Positions 40,095 to 53,241 are shown, counted from the first letter of the stretch. The stretch: 64,000 bases of DNA from Chiloscyllium plagiosum (GCF_004010195.1 NC_057744.1:4641589-4705588); one strand, 5' to 3'. Numbers and translations are program-made. Notes: a model not told the origin generated them from the letters alone.

Positions 40095-40224
40095 TTCTTC
40101 TTTCCAACTCGCTTAATTATAAACATTACAAGCTTTTTAATAATAAATATTAGAATGATGAGTCCTATTAACCCTCCGATAACAGCCAGGATGATCACTG
40201 TCACTGTGTTGTCCACTTTTACCA
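40095..40224 (-). CDS. SCN4B: SCN4B exon 4: TM helix and blocking peptide (VKVDNTVTVIILAVIGGLIGLIILIFIIKKLVMFIIKRVGKK)
   Basis: Close match to human VDNTVTLIILAVVGGVIGLLILILLIKKLIIFILKK; 130 nt; AA/GTAAGT donor. Not in the ORF track. Confidence 0.97.
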
Positions 40225-41081
40225 CTGCAATACAAAGAGAAAGTTTTACAAGTTACTACAATGAAAATCAACAGGTAGATTCATCATCAAATAGCTGATG
40301 TACAGTGGGATACAGGGAATATACATTAGGGAACAATGATGCACTATCAGAAATATAAAGATACATACATGGATCTAGAAAAACAGGTGAACAGTGGGAT
40401 ATACACACAGGAGGGTTATCAACAGATTGGGGATACTATTCCTCAACATCTGATTTTACCCAAGTTAAAAAACAAAAATCTGAAACAGAAACTTTTGCCC
40501 GAAATGTCGATTTCGCTGCTCCTTGGATGCTGCCTGAACTGCTGTGCTCTTCCAGCACCACTAATCCAGAATCTGGTTTCCAGCATCTGCAGTCATTGTT
40601 TTTACCTCAGTTCTGTCTCAGCAGAGTTAGAACATTTGCAGGAGGCAGGCTGGTTGTTCATATATTTTAATGTGGCTTAGTGCCCTGCCAGTAGCAGTGG
40701 TGGACTCTCCCTCATTATGGGCATTTAAGCGGGCATTGGATAGGGTTAGGTGGGCTTGGATCGGCGCAACATCGAGGGCCAAAGGGCCTGTACTGCGCTA
40801 TATTCTTTTATGTTCTATGTTCTATGGCTGAGGCTACCATGCCTTCTCAAGCTTACCCCTGGCCTGAGGTGTTGTGGCCCTCAGGTTAGCCACCACCAGA
40901 TGTCTCTCTCTCTCTCTCTAATGAGTGAGATTGTGATAACTTTACTATTACCCTCGATGTGAGAACAAATGAGCAACTGTGGTTATTGCCAAGCCTCCAT
41001 TCCAGTAGCTCCAATTAGCCAGAAATTTTAAATTGTAAATTTTGCATTGCAAAGTATCACAAGAAAAAACAGAGCACTCAC

Positions 41082-41301
41082 ATTCACTGACAACCCTTAG
41101 TTGAAGAGACGCATTCGCCTCTTGATTCTTTTCCTGTGGGTTTTTGAAGTAACAAGTATAGAATCCATTATCCTCAAAATCCACGTCTGCAAGCAAAAGG
41201 GAAATATTCTTCTCTTTAATATTCCCAATAAATGTAACTCTGTCATACTCCTCAGATGGAAAGATGTGGGGTGTCTTATCTTTTAGTTTAATATGAATAA
41301 T
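41082..41301 (-). CDS. SCN4B: SCN4B exon 3: Ig V-set second half (IIHIKLKDK...NISLLLADVDFEDNGFYTCYFKNPQEKNQEANASLQLRVVSE)
   Basis: DxGxYxC Ig motif, KNPxE; canonical splice sites, phase 0 to 1. Confidence 0.96.
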
Positions 41302-41650
41302 CTGTGCAAGTAAAAAATAAATCATAATTAGAAAACGTTTTTGGCCAAAGAATGTTTTATTTCCCACCATCCACCTGCCACCACACCCAACCCTAATGAA
41401 TAACATTGTTTGCAAACTCAGGATTTCCCAAAGCACTTTGAAGCCAATTAAATGTGCTTCTGAACTTGTAGTCACTGCTGTTATGTCAGAACTACAGCAG
41501 CCAATGTTTTCACAGCAAGGTTCAACAATCAGAAAGCTGATAACAATGAGATAATGTGCTTAGGTGATGTTTGTTGAGATTTGGCCCCAGGACATCAGAA
41601 GTAACTTCCCTGTTGTGCTTTGGTGTAATATCTCACATCGCAACAATGAT

Positions 41651-41930
41651 GGGGTGGCATGGTGGCTCAGTGGATAACATTGCTACCTCATAGTGCCAGG
41701 GACCCAGGTTCAGTTCCAGCTTTGGGTGACTGTGTGGAGTTAGCACATTCTGCATGAGTTTTCTCCAGGTGCTCCGGTTTCCTTCCAAGAGTGTGCAGGT
41801 TAGGTGGGTTGGACATGCTAATAGTGTCTAGTTAGCCATGAGAAATGCAGGGTAGGCTGTGTCCAAATGGAGATTCAGTGTAAACCTGAAGGTCCAAATG
41901 TCCTGCTTCCATGCTGTAGGGATTCTATTA
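41651..41930 (+). mobile_element. HE1-type V-SINE
   Basis: Head, V-domain and tail motifs. Confidence 0.85.
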
Positions 41931-43088
41931 TATACAGTAATTCTCAGCTTTTCTGTTAAAGGCTTTGGATTGCACCTGAGGGTACAGTAAAAAACCACAC
42001 TCACAGCCCGCACAATTCACAGGCTGAAGGTCAGGGGGTATTCCTCTTTTATGTTTAGTAACTTAAGGCTTTATCATTTTTTACATTCATGCCTCTCCAT
42101 GGTTCCTGAATGTTGAGGTACCCTCGCAGTCATTAATCTGCCTCCACAGTGCACCACTCTCTGAGGTGCAGTTGAGGCTTTAGAGCTAGTGCCTCTCTGA
42201 TTGCATTGGCGGCATTGAAAACCTGTAAGCAGGAGGACAGCCACAGAGGTAGTCAATCAGACGTGCCACCCCCTCCCCCCAAAGAATTGGTTCTGATGCA
42301 GGTAAGGACAGCTCATGGGTCTCCATTTGACATTGCTGCCCCAACACCTCCCTCACGGGAGAGCATTTCCCACAAGGGAACATCCTGGACTTAGTCTTTC
42401 CTTCCCCGATGGCAATTCCTCAGGGAAGGGGACACCTCACCCAGTGACACTCACGAGGCTGTCCCCATCCAACATCCATCAAAAGGCACACAAGGAGCAA
42501 GGAAGGAGTAAAAGGGAAGGTGAGATCATTATTGAATTTTTAACACACTGTCAGAAGCAGTGGTTTTGAATAAAAAAAACAAATTGATTTTCAAATTTTC
42601 AAATAAAAATAAGGTGGGTTAACCAGATTGAAAGCTGTAGATAGAATGTTCAACATTCTTTGAGTTTTTAAAACATTTTTATCGCAATGCGGTTACATTA
42701 AATAAAGCTGCTCCTAAATTAAAACCAATCCTTTCAGGAGTGATGTTAGGACATACCTTCTCACACCATAAATTTCAGAACTTTATTTTCCACAAATGAT
42801 AACTGATGCTTGATGAAGATTGAGGAGATTGATAAATCTTTAGCTGACTTTAGGGGAAAGGCAAATATGTGGAGTTATGTCACAGATGAGCCCGAACCCT
42901 ACTGAATGGTGCAACAATCTCAGGGAGCTAAATGGCTTCCTTCTATCTTTGACTAGATTTATTTCTTTAATGTTAATGTTTGTTTCCACTGCACATGTTT
43001 ATCTCAATTCAGATCTAAGCCTGATGCAGAAAGAGAATTTAAGATTCGTTCTTCTTGTGGATAAAGTTTATTGACTTCTCAGTCACAT

Positions 43089-43295
43089 AGGAGAAAGTGA
43101 GGACTTGTGATGCTGGAGATTGGAGTCAAAAGTGTGGTGCTGAAAAAACACAGCTGGGTCTGTTACCCACTCTCCAACTGCCACCGTGACAATGACTGCC
43201 TCAACCTGTTCACCCCTCTCATTCACTCCAACCTCTCACCCTTGCAACATGCAACCCTCCACTCCCTCCGTTCCAACCCCAACCTCCCATCAAAT
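43089..43295 (+). mobile_element. Penelope fragment: inverted pLTR end plus decayed RT N-terminal coding piece
   Basis: NCHRDNDCLNLFTPLIHSNLSPLQHATLHSLRSNPNL resembles the PLE segment preceding the KPADKG motif; preceded by the ggagaaagtgaggact terminus. Confidence 0.65.
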
Positions 43296-43589
43296 GGCTG
43301 TGCCTTACTCAGTCACATAGCTCATCCCACACCCAGTACTCTCTGTTCCATCCTTTATAATAACTTCCTCGCTTTATTATTCCATTAATCCTAGTCGGAG
43401 TCTTAACACTTGCTGTATTGACACACAAAATACAATCAGTCAGTGCATAGGTATAAGGGACGTAGAGACACAGGCCAAAGCCAGACCAGTGTTATCAGAG
43501 GTGGCTTGAATCTCACCACAGCAGATGAAGAGATCTGAATTCAATAAAATCTGGAATAAAGAGTTGGTATAATGGTGATAGAGGCATAT

Positions 43590-44310
43590 AGTCATAGAGT
43601 CATAGAGATTTACAACATAGAAACAAACCCTTCGGTCCAGCTCATCCATGCTGACCAGATATCCTAACCTAAACTAATCCCATTTGCCAGCACTTGGCCC
43701 ATATCCCTCTAAACCCTTCCTATTCATATACCCAACCAATTGCCTGTTAAATGTTGTAATTGTACCAGCCTCCACCACTTCCTCTGGCAGCTCATTCCAT
43801 ACATGCACCACCCTCTGGGTGAAAATGTTTCCCCTCTCACCTTAACCCTCTGCCCTCTAGTTCTGGACTCCCCCACCCTAGGGAAAAGACCTTGTCTATT
43901 TATCCTATCCATGCCCCTCATGATTTTATAAACTTCTATAAGGTCACCCCTCAGCCTCTGACACTCCAAGGAGAAAGTGAGGACTGCAGATGCTAGAGAT
44001 CAGAGTCGAGAGTGTGGCGATGGAAAGATACAGGAGGTCAGGCAGCATCTGAGGAGCAGGAGAATCAACATTTCGGGCATGTGCCCTTCATCAGGAATGG
44101 TGAAGACCTTCCTGATGAAGGGCTTATGCCCGAAATGTCGATTCTCCTGCTCCTCAGATGCTGCCTGACCTGCTGTGTCTTTCCAGCACCACACTCTCGA
44201 TCCCAATGCCCCAGGGAAAACAGCCCCAGTCTATTCGGCCTCTCCCTATTGCTCAAATCCTCCAATCTGGCAACATCTTTGCAAATCCTTTCTGAACTCT
44301 TTAAAGTTTC
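43590..44310 (-). mobile_element. CR1 3' fragment
   Basis: RLRGDLIEVYKIMRG...SRTRG on the minus strand; ctatgact-type tail. Confidence 0.9.
43970..44202. mobile_element. Palindromic Penelope pLTR pair with two back-to-back hammerhead motifs, inserted in a CR1
   Basis: Arms ~44003-44098 and ~44108-44202 are inverted copies; CTGATGA...GAAA on both strands. Confidence 0.8.
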
Positions 44311-44819
44311 ATGTAACCATTGTGATAAAAACCCTTATCCTTGAGGGAAGCAAATTTGCCATCCTGACCTACATGTGACTCCATGCCCATAGCTATATAG
44401 TTGACTCTTAACTGCCCTCTAGACAACTGAGGATGGACAACAAATGCTGGCTCAGCCAACAATACCCATATCCTATACTTTTTTTAAAAATAAGACTTAG
44501 TAGAACCAAGCAATGGATTTAAGAAAGAAAGGGTGTGAGAGATAATAAAGAGCTCCATAGAACACATTTGAGGAGTGGTCTTGATTTGAATGCAGTGAGG
44601 ATGTGGGGGGGAGGGAAGCAGGGTAGGAGTAGGATTCCAAAAAAAAGACCTATACATTGGGTCATGCAATGGGGACCCCTCAGCATTAAACTGAGAATGT
44701 TGCTAAGAGAATTTTCTCCAAGAAATACCCACTAGTACTGTGAGAGTGGAGGCAAATGTCTTGGTGGAGAATGGGAGTCGTTGGGGAGTGAAAAGGGAAA
44801 ATGAATTTGCATGGCTCAC

Positions 44820-44998
44820 TTTCGATTCTTCACTCGTTTGGTTTTTCTGAAATGTCCACCAGAAGATGGAGTCTTTGAAGTCCATGCAACTAGCGAACGT
44901 ACAGGGCAACTCGACATCAGTGCCGTTCAGTACCACAATCGTTGACAATTTTCCAATGTGAACTTCAATGGCTTCATTAGCTTGAAATATAACACAAC
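44820..44998 (-). CDS. SCN4B: SCN4B exon 2: signal-peptide end and Ig first half (CVIFQANEAIEVHIGKLSTIVVLNGTDVELPCTFASCMDFKDSIFWWTFQKNQTSEESK)
   Basis: NGT...LPCTFxSC motif of beta4; AAA/GTGAGC donor. Confidence 0.96.
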
Positions 44999-46599
44999 CT
45001 GCCGAGAAAGACAGTGAAGTTAGAAAAAAAAAATCCTTCGTTACGAGTTCAGAATTCTCTCCCATTTCAATCTCTTTGTTTTCCCTCACTCTCTCTTTAT
45101 ACTCTCCAAAAGGGCCAACATGCTCACTGAGGTTCCACAGAATCCAGGTACACAGGTGATTCTCCCAAACTTATCATTCCTCACGGGCATGCTCAATGAC
45201 TGTTAAGAGGACTCATGGAAATTTTGGAAATTGAGGAGAATGGAATCATCCATCCAAGGTAAATCACTGTCTTCCAGACGTACCCAAACTGTACAATCAA
45301 GGGATTTCTTCAACACTTTGAAGAATGGCAATCCACAATGACTTTATTTGGCCTGCAGTGTATATTAGGCAGTACATAGAAAAAGTTCCTGAAGGAATTA
45401 GATTAAGAGATCAGATACAAACAAGTTGAGGAAATCTGAACATCTCTCCCTCAAAAAACTGCTTTATCTGTGGGAGAATTTCAAAACTGAGATTGAAAGG
45501 TGTTTGTCAGTCAACAGCTGCATTGTCAAGGCAGGTAAGTGGATTAAGTTGTTGATCAGGAATTATCTAAGTGAATGTAGGAACAGCTTCTAGGGGCTGA
45601 ATGGCCTCTTCCTGTTTTTATGTTCCTTCTTTGAAGTAGAAATGCCAGTTGTCAGTCGCTGATCATCTGACAACTGCCTCCCCCTCCCCTCTTTTGCCCA
45701 TGGATGGTTTATAGATCAGTCTCTCTTTTATTCATTTTTATAGATTCCTGTCAGCTCCAATAATAAATTCACTACCTTCATGCAATGGAAATTGCTGACA
45801 AAGCCAAACTTCCCACATTTCTCATGCTAATTTATTGCTTCCCTGCCAATTGAACCATTTTCACTGAGAGAATTGTGTCTATTGCTAGATTTAAGGCATT
45901 TCTTACATTGTGAAAGAAAGGAGTTTGCATTTGTACCCATGGTCACAGAGCAGTCCAAAACATCTTACTAACAATGAAGTACTTTTCTAAATTGTAACTG
46001 TTATAAGGTAGGAACTATGGCAGCCATTTGTGCACAGAAGGATCCCACACACCTAAGTGATGATGACCAGATAACACAGTGTTTTATTTCGTGATATGGT
46101 TGAGAAATAAATACCAGCCAAGCACTGGGCAAATTATTTTGCTCTTTCCTTCAAAGTTAAAATCACCAAATCCCAGAGGACCATTGAGTTGCACTGTCAT
46201 TAAAAAGAGAGATAACAGGTGGCTAGTTGAACCCAATGGTCACCCCGATCCAGGCAAGAGGTGAATCCTTCATGGTAACCTCAACAAGTGCAGAAAAGTA
46301 ATAATGTTGTGGGAATGACATAGCCATTCTCATGGGATCATGCTTTACAATGACCCAGAATTCACTATCACCAGTCCTAGGTATGGCCTGTCTCACTGAC
46401 AGGACAGACCACCTGAAATGGTGGCACAATGGTATATTGTTGGATAGGGGTTGATCTGGGAGTCATCAAACTTCATGAAGTCTCATTGTAACATGAAAAC
46501 CTTTTGCTGAGTATGACCTCCCTCAATTGATGAATCGTTTTTCTTCCATGTTGAGCACCATGCTGAGGACACGCTAAGGGTAACAAGAATACACAATAT

Positions 46600-48720
46600 A
46601 TTCTGTGTGGGGTCTTCGATGTCCTTCCCAGACAGTGAAATGGTATCACCAGTACTGACCAAGCTAACTGAGTTCTAAAGGATGTAGCCTCTAGACTGGC
46701 ACTGTGACATGTGGTGAGGGAACCAACACAACAGGAAAAATCTACTTGACTTTCTCCTCACCAACCTACCTTTAGCAAATGAATCTGTCTATGACTTTAC
46801 CAGTAAAAATGACCACTGTACAGTCATTACCGTCTTCATCTTGATAGTTCTATCTATCATGTTGCATTGCATCACCCCTATGCTGAGAGGGCAAGATTTT
46901 GAGAAGATCTACCAACTTAAGACTGGGCATCCAAGAGGCACCTATAGGCCATCAGCAGCAGTTCAACCACAATCATTAACCTCACGGCCCTGTATATCCG
47001 ACACTCTAGCATTGCCATCAAGCCAGGGATCCAACCTGGTTCAATGAACAGTACAGAAGGGCATGTCCTACAGGTAGGCAAGAGGGAGCCCCAGCTCATC
47101 AGTGGGAAAGGGAAGGCTGAACCACTTGTGAATACATTCAACCAGAAATGACATGTGGAGATGATCCATCTGGGTCTTCTCCTGAGGTCTCCAGCATCAT
47201 AGATGCCAGTCTTCACCCAATTCAGCTCAGTCCACATGATAACAAGAAATGGTTGAAAGCACTGGATACTGCAAAGACCTTGGGACCTGGTCACATTCCA
47301 GGAGTAGCACTGAACACTTATGGTTCCAGAACAAGTTGCATCCTTATTCAAGCTATTCCAGTACAAATACAACATCTACCCCGAAATGTGAAAACTTTCC
47401 AGATATGCCCTATCAAAAACAAGCAGGACAACTCCAACCTGGTTCATTACCGCCCCGTCAGTCTACTCTTAATAAACAGCAAAGTGATGGAAGGTGTTGC
47501 CACTAATGCTGTCTAGTAGTGCTTACTTAACAGTAACCTGCTCACTGGAGACTCACGCAAATCCTGGCATCAGTACTGTTTCAGTCTAAACATGGACGAA
47601 AGAGAGGGTGCATGCCCTTAACATCAAGGTGAACCTGGAATCAATGGGACTCAAGGAAAAAAACTCTTCCCTGATTGGTGTCATACTTAGTACAAAGGAA
47701 GATGGTCGTAGTTGCTGGTTGTCAATCATCCCAGTTCCAGGACATCACCTGAAGCAGTTCTTTAGGGCAGTGTCCTAGGCCCAACCATCTTCAACTGCTT
47801 TGTTTCTTTGCCTTCTCTCTGCCATAAAGATATTCACTGATGATTGCACAATGTTCAACACTATTACAACTCCTCAGATCTGAAGCAGTTTATATTTTAA
47901 TGCAACAAGACCTGAACAACATTCACACCGCACAAGAAATAATCGTCTCCAACAAGAGAAAATCCAATCACTGTCCTTTCATATTTAATGGTTTTACCAT
48001 CGCTGTCAACATCCTGAGGGTTTGCAGTGACCAGAAACTGAATTGGACCAGCAATGCAAATACTGTGGCTGTAACAGAATGTGAGTCAAAAAGTGTGTTG
48101 CTGGAAAAGCACAGCAGGTCAGGCAGCATCCGAGGTGCAGGAGAATCAACGTTTCAGGAATAAGCCCCTTCTCAGGAAGGCTTTTCCAGTGCCACACCTT
48201 TTGACTCTGACTCTCCAGCATTTGCAGTCCTCACTTTCTTCTAAAACAGAATGTCATAAGCTAAGAAACCTACCACAAGTAACTCATCTCCTGTTTTCCC
48301 AAAGCCTGTACACTATCTACAAGAGGTGAGTTAGGAGTTATGGAATACTCCCCACTTGCGTGGATGAGTGCACCTCCAACAAGATTAACACCGTCCAGGA
48401 CAGAACAGCCTGCTTGATTGTTGCCCCACCCACCATCTTCAACATTCCCTCCCACCACCACTGAGAGAGTGACAGCAGTGAACGATGAGGGAAGCTGATC
48501 CATGGGAACACCACCCTCTTCATCTTGCCCTCTGAGCCACTCACTGTCCTGACTTGGAAATATATCACCATTCCTTTACTGTCACTGGGTCAAAATCCTG
48601 GAATTTCATTGTGTCTACCCCAAGGACAGCAGCATTTTATGAAGGCGGCAGTGGGGTAATTAGGGATTGGCAATAAATACCTGGCTAACAACACTCACAT
48701 GCTCTTAATGAATAAATAAA
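46600..48720 (+). mobile_element. Second CR1/L2-group LINE family, decayed ORF2 (other copies at ~13990-14390(-), ~18490-19180(+), ~35810-36715(-))
   Basis: HYRPVSLLLINSKVME, GSVLGPTIF, DQKLNWTS and MEYSPLAW remnants. Confidence 0.8.
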
Positions 48721-49019
48721 CAAAAAGAATCATTTCTGTTCAACTGAGAGGGCAAATAGGGTTTTGAAAATAGCTCACTGGGAAGACAAATGCAATATGG
48801 GTAGAGAAAATGACAGTAAATTTCACTGAATACAAAAGTTGTTAAAGGAGTAATGTACTAATTATAGAATGATTCAGAACATAAGTGATCCATTTGGATT
48901 CTTATGTCTGTGCCAGCATTTTGAGAGAGCTGTCCAGTCAGACGCACTGTTACAATCCCAGCAGAATTCCCATGACACCAACAGGAAGAAAACTGCTGGT
49001 CAGGAATTAATTTATGGTC

Positions 49020-49595
49020 ATATAGTCATTGAGTTAGACAGCACGAAAACAGACCCTTCAGTTCAACTCGTCCATGCTGACCAGATATCCTCCCTTTTAT
49101 ATCTTCCCTCTCTCACCTTAAATCTATGCCCTCTAGCTTTAGACTTCCCCACCCTGGGACAAGGACCTTGGATATTTACCCTATCCATGCCCCTCATGAT
49201 CTTATAAACCTCTATAAGGTCACCCCTCAGCCTCTGATGCTCCAGGGAAAACAGCCCCAGCCCATTCAGCCTCTCCTTATAGCTCAAACCCTTCTACCCC
49301 AGCAACAACCTTGTAAATCTTTTTCTGAACCTTTTCAAGTTTCACAACATCTTTCCTAAAGCGGAGAGACCAGAATTGAACGCAGTATTCCAAAAGTGGC
49401 CTAACCAACATCCTGTACTGGCGCAATATGAGCTCCCAACTCCTATACTCAATGCACAGATCTATAAAGGCAAGAGTACCAAACATCTTCATCACTACCC
49501 TGTCCATCTGTGCCCCCACTTTCAACAAACTATGAACCTGCACCCAAAGGTCTCTTTGCTCTGCAACACACCTGAGGCCTGACCATTAATTGTTA
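49020..49595 (-). mobile_element. CR1 3' fragment
   Basis: LVRPLLEYCVQFWS...RLRGDLIEVYK. Confidence 0.9.
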
Positions 49596-49759
49596 GAACC
49601 TTTACTGGAACAAACGTATCCTCTTTCCTCCAAGAACAATGACATGGTTTCCTTTGTCCTCACCTTTCACAAAACATTTCCTGTATTCAATGGATCATCC
49701 TCTGACGCTTTTACGAGCTGACCCCACCTTTCCCTGCATTTCTTCTGGTTGCAGGGGAA

Positions 49760-50280
49760 GGTGCCGCAAGAAATGCAAAACTTGTGCTCACACCTCCCCC
49801 CTTACTTCCCTCCAAGGCCCCAAGGGATCCTTCCATATCCGTCACAAATTCACCTGCACCTCCACACACATCATTTACTGCATCCACTGCACCCGATGTG
49901 GCCTCCTCTACATTGGGGAGACAGGCTGCCNNNNNNNNNNNNNNNNNNNNNNNNNNNNNNNNNNNNNNNNNNNNNNNNNNNNNNNNNNNNNNNNNNNNNN
50001 NNNNNNNNNNNNNNNNNNNNNNNNNNNNNNNNNNNNNNNNNNNNNNNNNNNNNNNNNNNNNNNNNNNNNNNNNNNNNNNNNNNNNNNNNNNNNNNNNNNN
50101 NNNNNNCCTCCCTACCTTTTATCTTAGCCTGCTTGGCACACCTTCCTCATTCCTGAAGAAGGGCTTATGCCCGAAATGTCGATTCTCCTGCGCCTTGGAT
50201 GCTGCCTGACCTGCTGCGCTTTTCCAGCAACACATTTTTCAGCTCTGATCTCCTGCATCTGCAGTCCTCACTTTCTCCTA
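49760..50280 (+). mobile_element. Penelope-like element 3' part: GIY-YIG endonuclease fragment, gap, then pLTR with hammerhead motif
   Basis: CRKKCKTC...FTCTSTHIIYCIHCTRCGLLYIGETG before the N-run; cattc-CTGAAGA-agggcttatgccc-GAAA-tgtC at 50148-50180 after it. Confidence 0.85.
49931..50106. other. Assembly gap (176 N)
   Basis: Run of N. Confidence 1.
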
Positions 50281-51064
50281 TTTCATTCAGAAGACTACTA
50301 TTTAGTTGCACAAATCTCATTTGTACACAAAGCTCTGAAGAAGTCATAGTGGACTCAAAACATTGATTCTGTCTCTCTTTTCACACATGCTGCCTGCCTT
50401 GCTGAGCTCTTTATTCAGTGTTATTTCTGCTGAGATTGTTTTTTATTACTGACATTCTCAGTCACTTATAAATGGATCTTTCTCACTAAGTTTTTGTTTG
50501 TAATGGAATACAACATTGTTGAGCATGTTGCATTGTTTCTTTAAATGTTTCCCACTGTTTATTCATCTTTCAGCTTATGTACCCAGAATGCATTATTCTG
50601 TTGTTCAGACCTTGTCTAAACATGATTTGAATGTCTAAATCATGCTTGGATCTATGTTCTTTAGATGTAGATGTAAATTTTTGTTAAGATCATATGTCAA
50701 TAATATTGGCCTGGAATTACGTATAGTCCAAATTGGATAGCAGCCTGGATTCCCTTCCCTGATGTCACTTCCTGAACCGGGTGGATGATCTCTTAGCCAT
50801 TTTTATGATGCCAACTTATAAATTACTAGATCTTTCACAACTTGATCTCAGGAAATTTGGCCGCATGCTCCCTGAATTATTAGTCACAAATTAAAAGAAC
50901 TAGAGTATCATTAAATTTCAGACAGTATTGTACAATGTGAATGGATATATATTTTAAAAGACTATGAAATGAGAGAAAGGTCATTCACACCATTAAACCT
51001 ATTCCATCTACACAGCAAATGTAAACCTCTCTATCTTTAACTTTCGCCATTCAGCATCTTCCCA

Positions 51065-51435
51065 TTCACACAGTCACCCCCAGTCTCAGAATCATTCCCC
51101 ATTCACAGTTTCTCCCAGTCAGTCTTCCCCACAGACCCTCCTCCATCATAGTTTTTCCCCGTCATACAGTCTCTCCCAGTCACAGTCTCCCCTACACACC
51201 CTCCCTCAGTCACAGATTTTTTCCCAGTCACACAGTCTCCCCCAGTTAGTCTTCCCCCCAGAGTATCCCCGGTCAGTCTCCCCTGGTCACACACTCTCTC
51301 CCAGTCAGTCTCCCCCAGTCAGTCTTCCCCACAGAGTCTCCCCAGTCAGTCTCCCCTAGTTGCAGTTTTCCCCAGTCACGGCATCTCCCCAGTCAGTTCC
51401 CCCCCTCATAGTTTGTCACAGTCTTCCCATGTCAC
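51065..51435. repeat. Degenerate CCCAGTCA/CAGTCTC low-complexity minisatellite
   Basis: Direct reading. Confidence 0.85.
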
Positions 51436-51724
51436 AGCATTTCTGCTGATTGCAGACCACTCCCCAGCCTGAAATCTCTTCTAGCACAGAACTTCTTCCT
51501 ATCTTCCCCCAAACATCTAATGTCCATCAGAAATGCCCGCATACATCTCTGATTCTGAAAGAAAAGTGAATGCCATCTGAAAGTTTGATCTATTTTTGGG
51601 TCTCCCTCCTCACCATTCAGCTCCACCTATGGTGTTTTATTTAAAACTCAATCTTAATGTCACCTTGTCACTACTTTCTGAATATCTTGCCCTTTCAACT
51701 TTTGACCATGATTTGTCACTGTTT

Positions 51725-52125
51725 GGGCTGAGGCTCAGTGGGGAGGATTCTTGCTTCCAATCTGGAGATTTGTGGAGTTGATTCATGCTCCAGAGGCCTG
51801 AGTACAAAAATCCAAGACAGCGTCTAGTGCAGCGCTGAGGGAGTGTTGCTGTGTCAGAAAACTGACCTGTCAAACTGAGAGTCTGTCTGTCTGGAAAGGA
51901 TCCTGTGACAGTTTTCACAGAACAGCAAGATCCCCAGTGTTCTGGCCAATACTTACACTCCAACCAACATTACTGATAGGGGCTATCTGGTTAGTACCAT
52001 GTTATTGCTTGTGGCAGTTTGCTGTGCATAAATAGTTTCACTATTACGACAGTAACTCCACTTAAAAAGTACTTCATTTGTTGCAAATTGTTTTGGGTTC
52101 CCTAAATTTACAAAGGGTGCTGTGT
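51725..52125 (+). mobile_element. Deu-domain SINE (SacSINE1/AmnSINE-like); further copies at ~2655-3035(+), ~38550-38935(-), ~41400-41640(-), ~45920-46160(-)
   Basis: agtgcagcgctgagggagtgttgc head region; ttgctgtgcataaat...acagtaactccacttaaaaagtacttcatt...ttttggg tail. Confidence 0.65.
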
Positions 52126-52650
52126 ATACATACAATTCTGGTCACCCTTCGATAGGAAGAATGTTGTGAAACTTGAAAGGGTTCAGAAAAGATTTACAAG
52201 GATGTTGTCAGGGTTGGAGGGTTTGAGCTATGGGAAGAGGCTGGGCTGTTTTCCCTGGGGCTTCGGAGGCTGAGGGGTGACGTTGTAGATGTTTATAAAA
52301 TCATGAGGGGCATAGATAGAGTGAATAGCCAAGGTCTTTTTTCTCAGGGTAGGGGGAGTCCAGTACTAGAGGGCACAGGTTTAAGGTGAGAGGGGAAGGA
52401 CTTAGAAAGGACACAAGAGGCAACCTTTTCATGCAAGGAAAGTGTCTGTATGGAACGAGCTGCCAGACGAAGTAATGGAGGCTGGTACATTACAACATTT
52501 AAAGGGCATCTGAATGAATACATGAATGGGAAGGGTTTAGAGGGATATGGGCCAATGAGCAAATGGGATTGGGTCAGATTGAGATGTCTGGTCAGTGTGG
52601 ATAAATTGGACCAAAGGGTCTATTTCTGTGTTGTATGACTCTATGACTAT
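52125..52650 (+). mobile_element. CR1 3' fragment
   Basis: Same family motifs and tail. Confidence 0.88.
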
Positions 52651-53241
52651 AAATGCATCTTCTTTCTGTCAATCATGAGAAATCACCATTATTCAAGTTT
52701 GTTCCAGAAAATTCACCAACTGAAATTTCTCTACCATACACCTTGCTCAGTTAAAGCTGCGATTCAATAATCCCATCACATCAATTCAGGTCAGAGTTGG
52801 ATGGGATCCAGCCATCGCTGCACCTGATAGTTAAGCTTTCCTTCTTTGCAGCTGAAAATTTTCAGAAGCATATTTTGTAGAAGTCTCTGTCTTGTAAACC
52901 CTAATCACTCTTAACAAAATGATATCAAACCTTTGAACTGCACCAGCTCCTCAAGTCATTGGAGTCTGTCCACAGACAGCAACGTCTCTTGCTTTTCTAG
53001 CTGGCATTTTCTCTGCATTGCCTCACCACCTTTTAATATTCCATTAAACACTCTTAAAGGGACATTTCCAAGGTTCAACTCACTGGATGGATGCACCATT
53101 ATCAGTTGAGAATACGTCACACAGACTCCAAAATACCAGCTGCAATGCTGACCTACTCTACGCTGTTATTTAATCTCAGCTAAATCCTCAAATTAGCCTT
53201 AGACTAGGCAGGGACAAAGAAAAATCTAAAGCGCAGAGCTC

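Noticed and set aside
49639-50209. Long ORFs spanning 49639-50209
   Set aside because: Length is inflated by the N gap; only the GIY-YIG fragment is meaningful.
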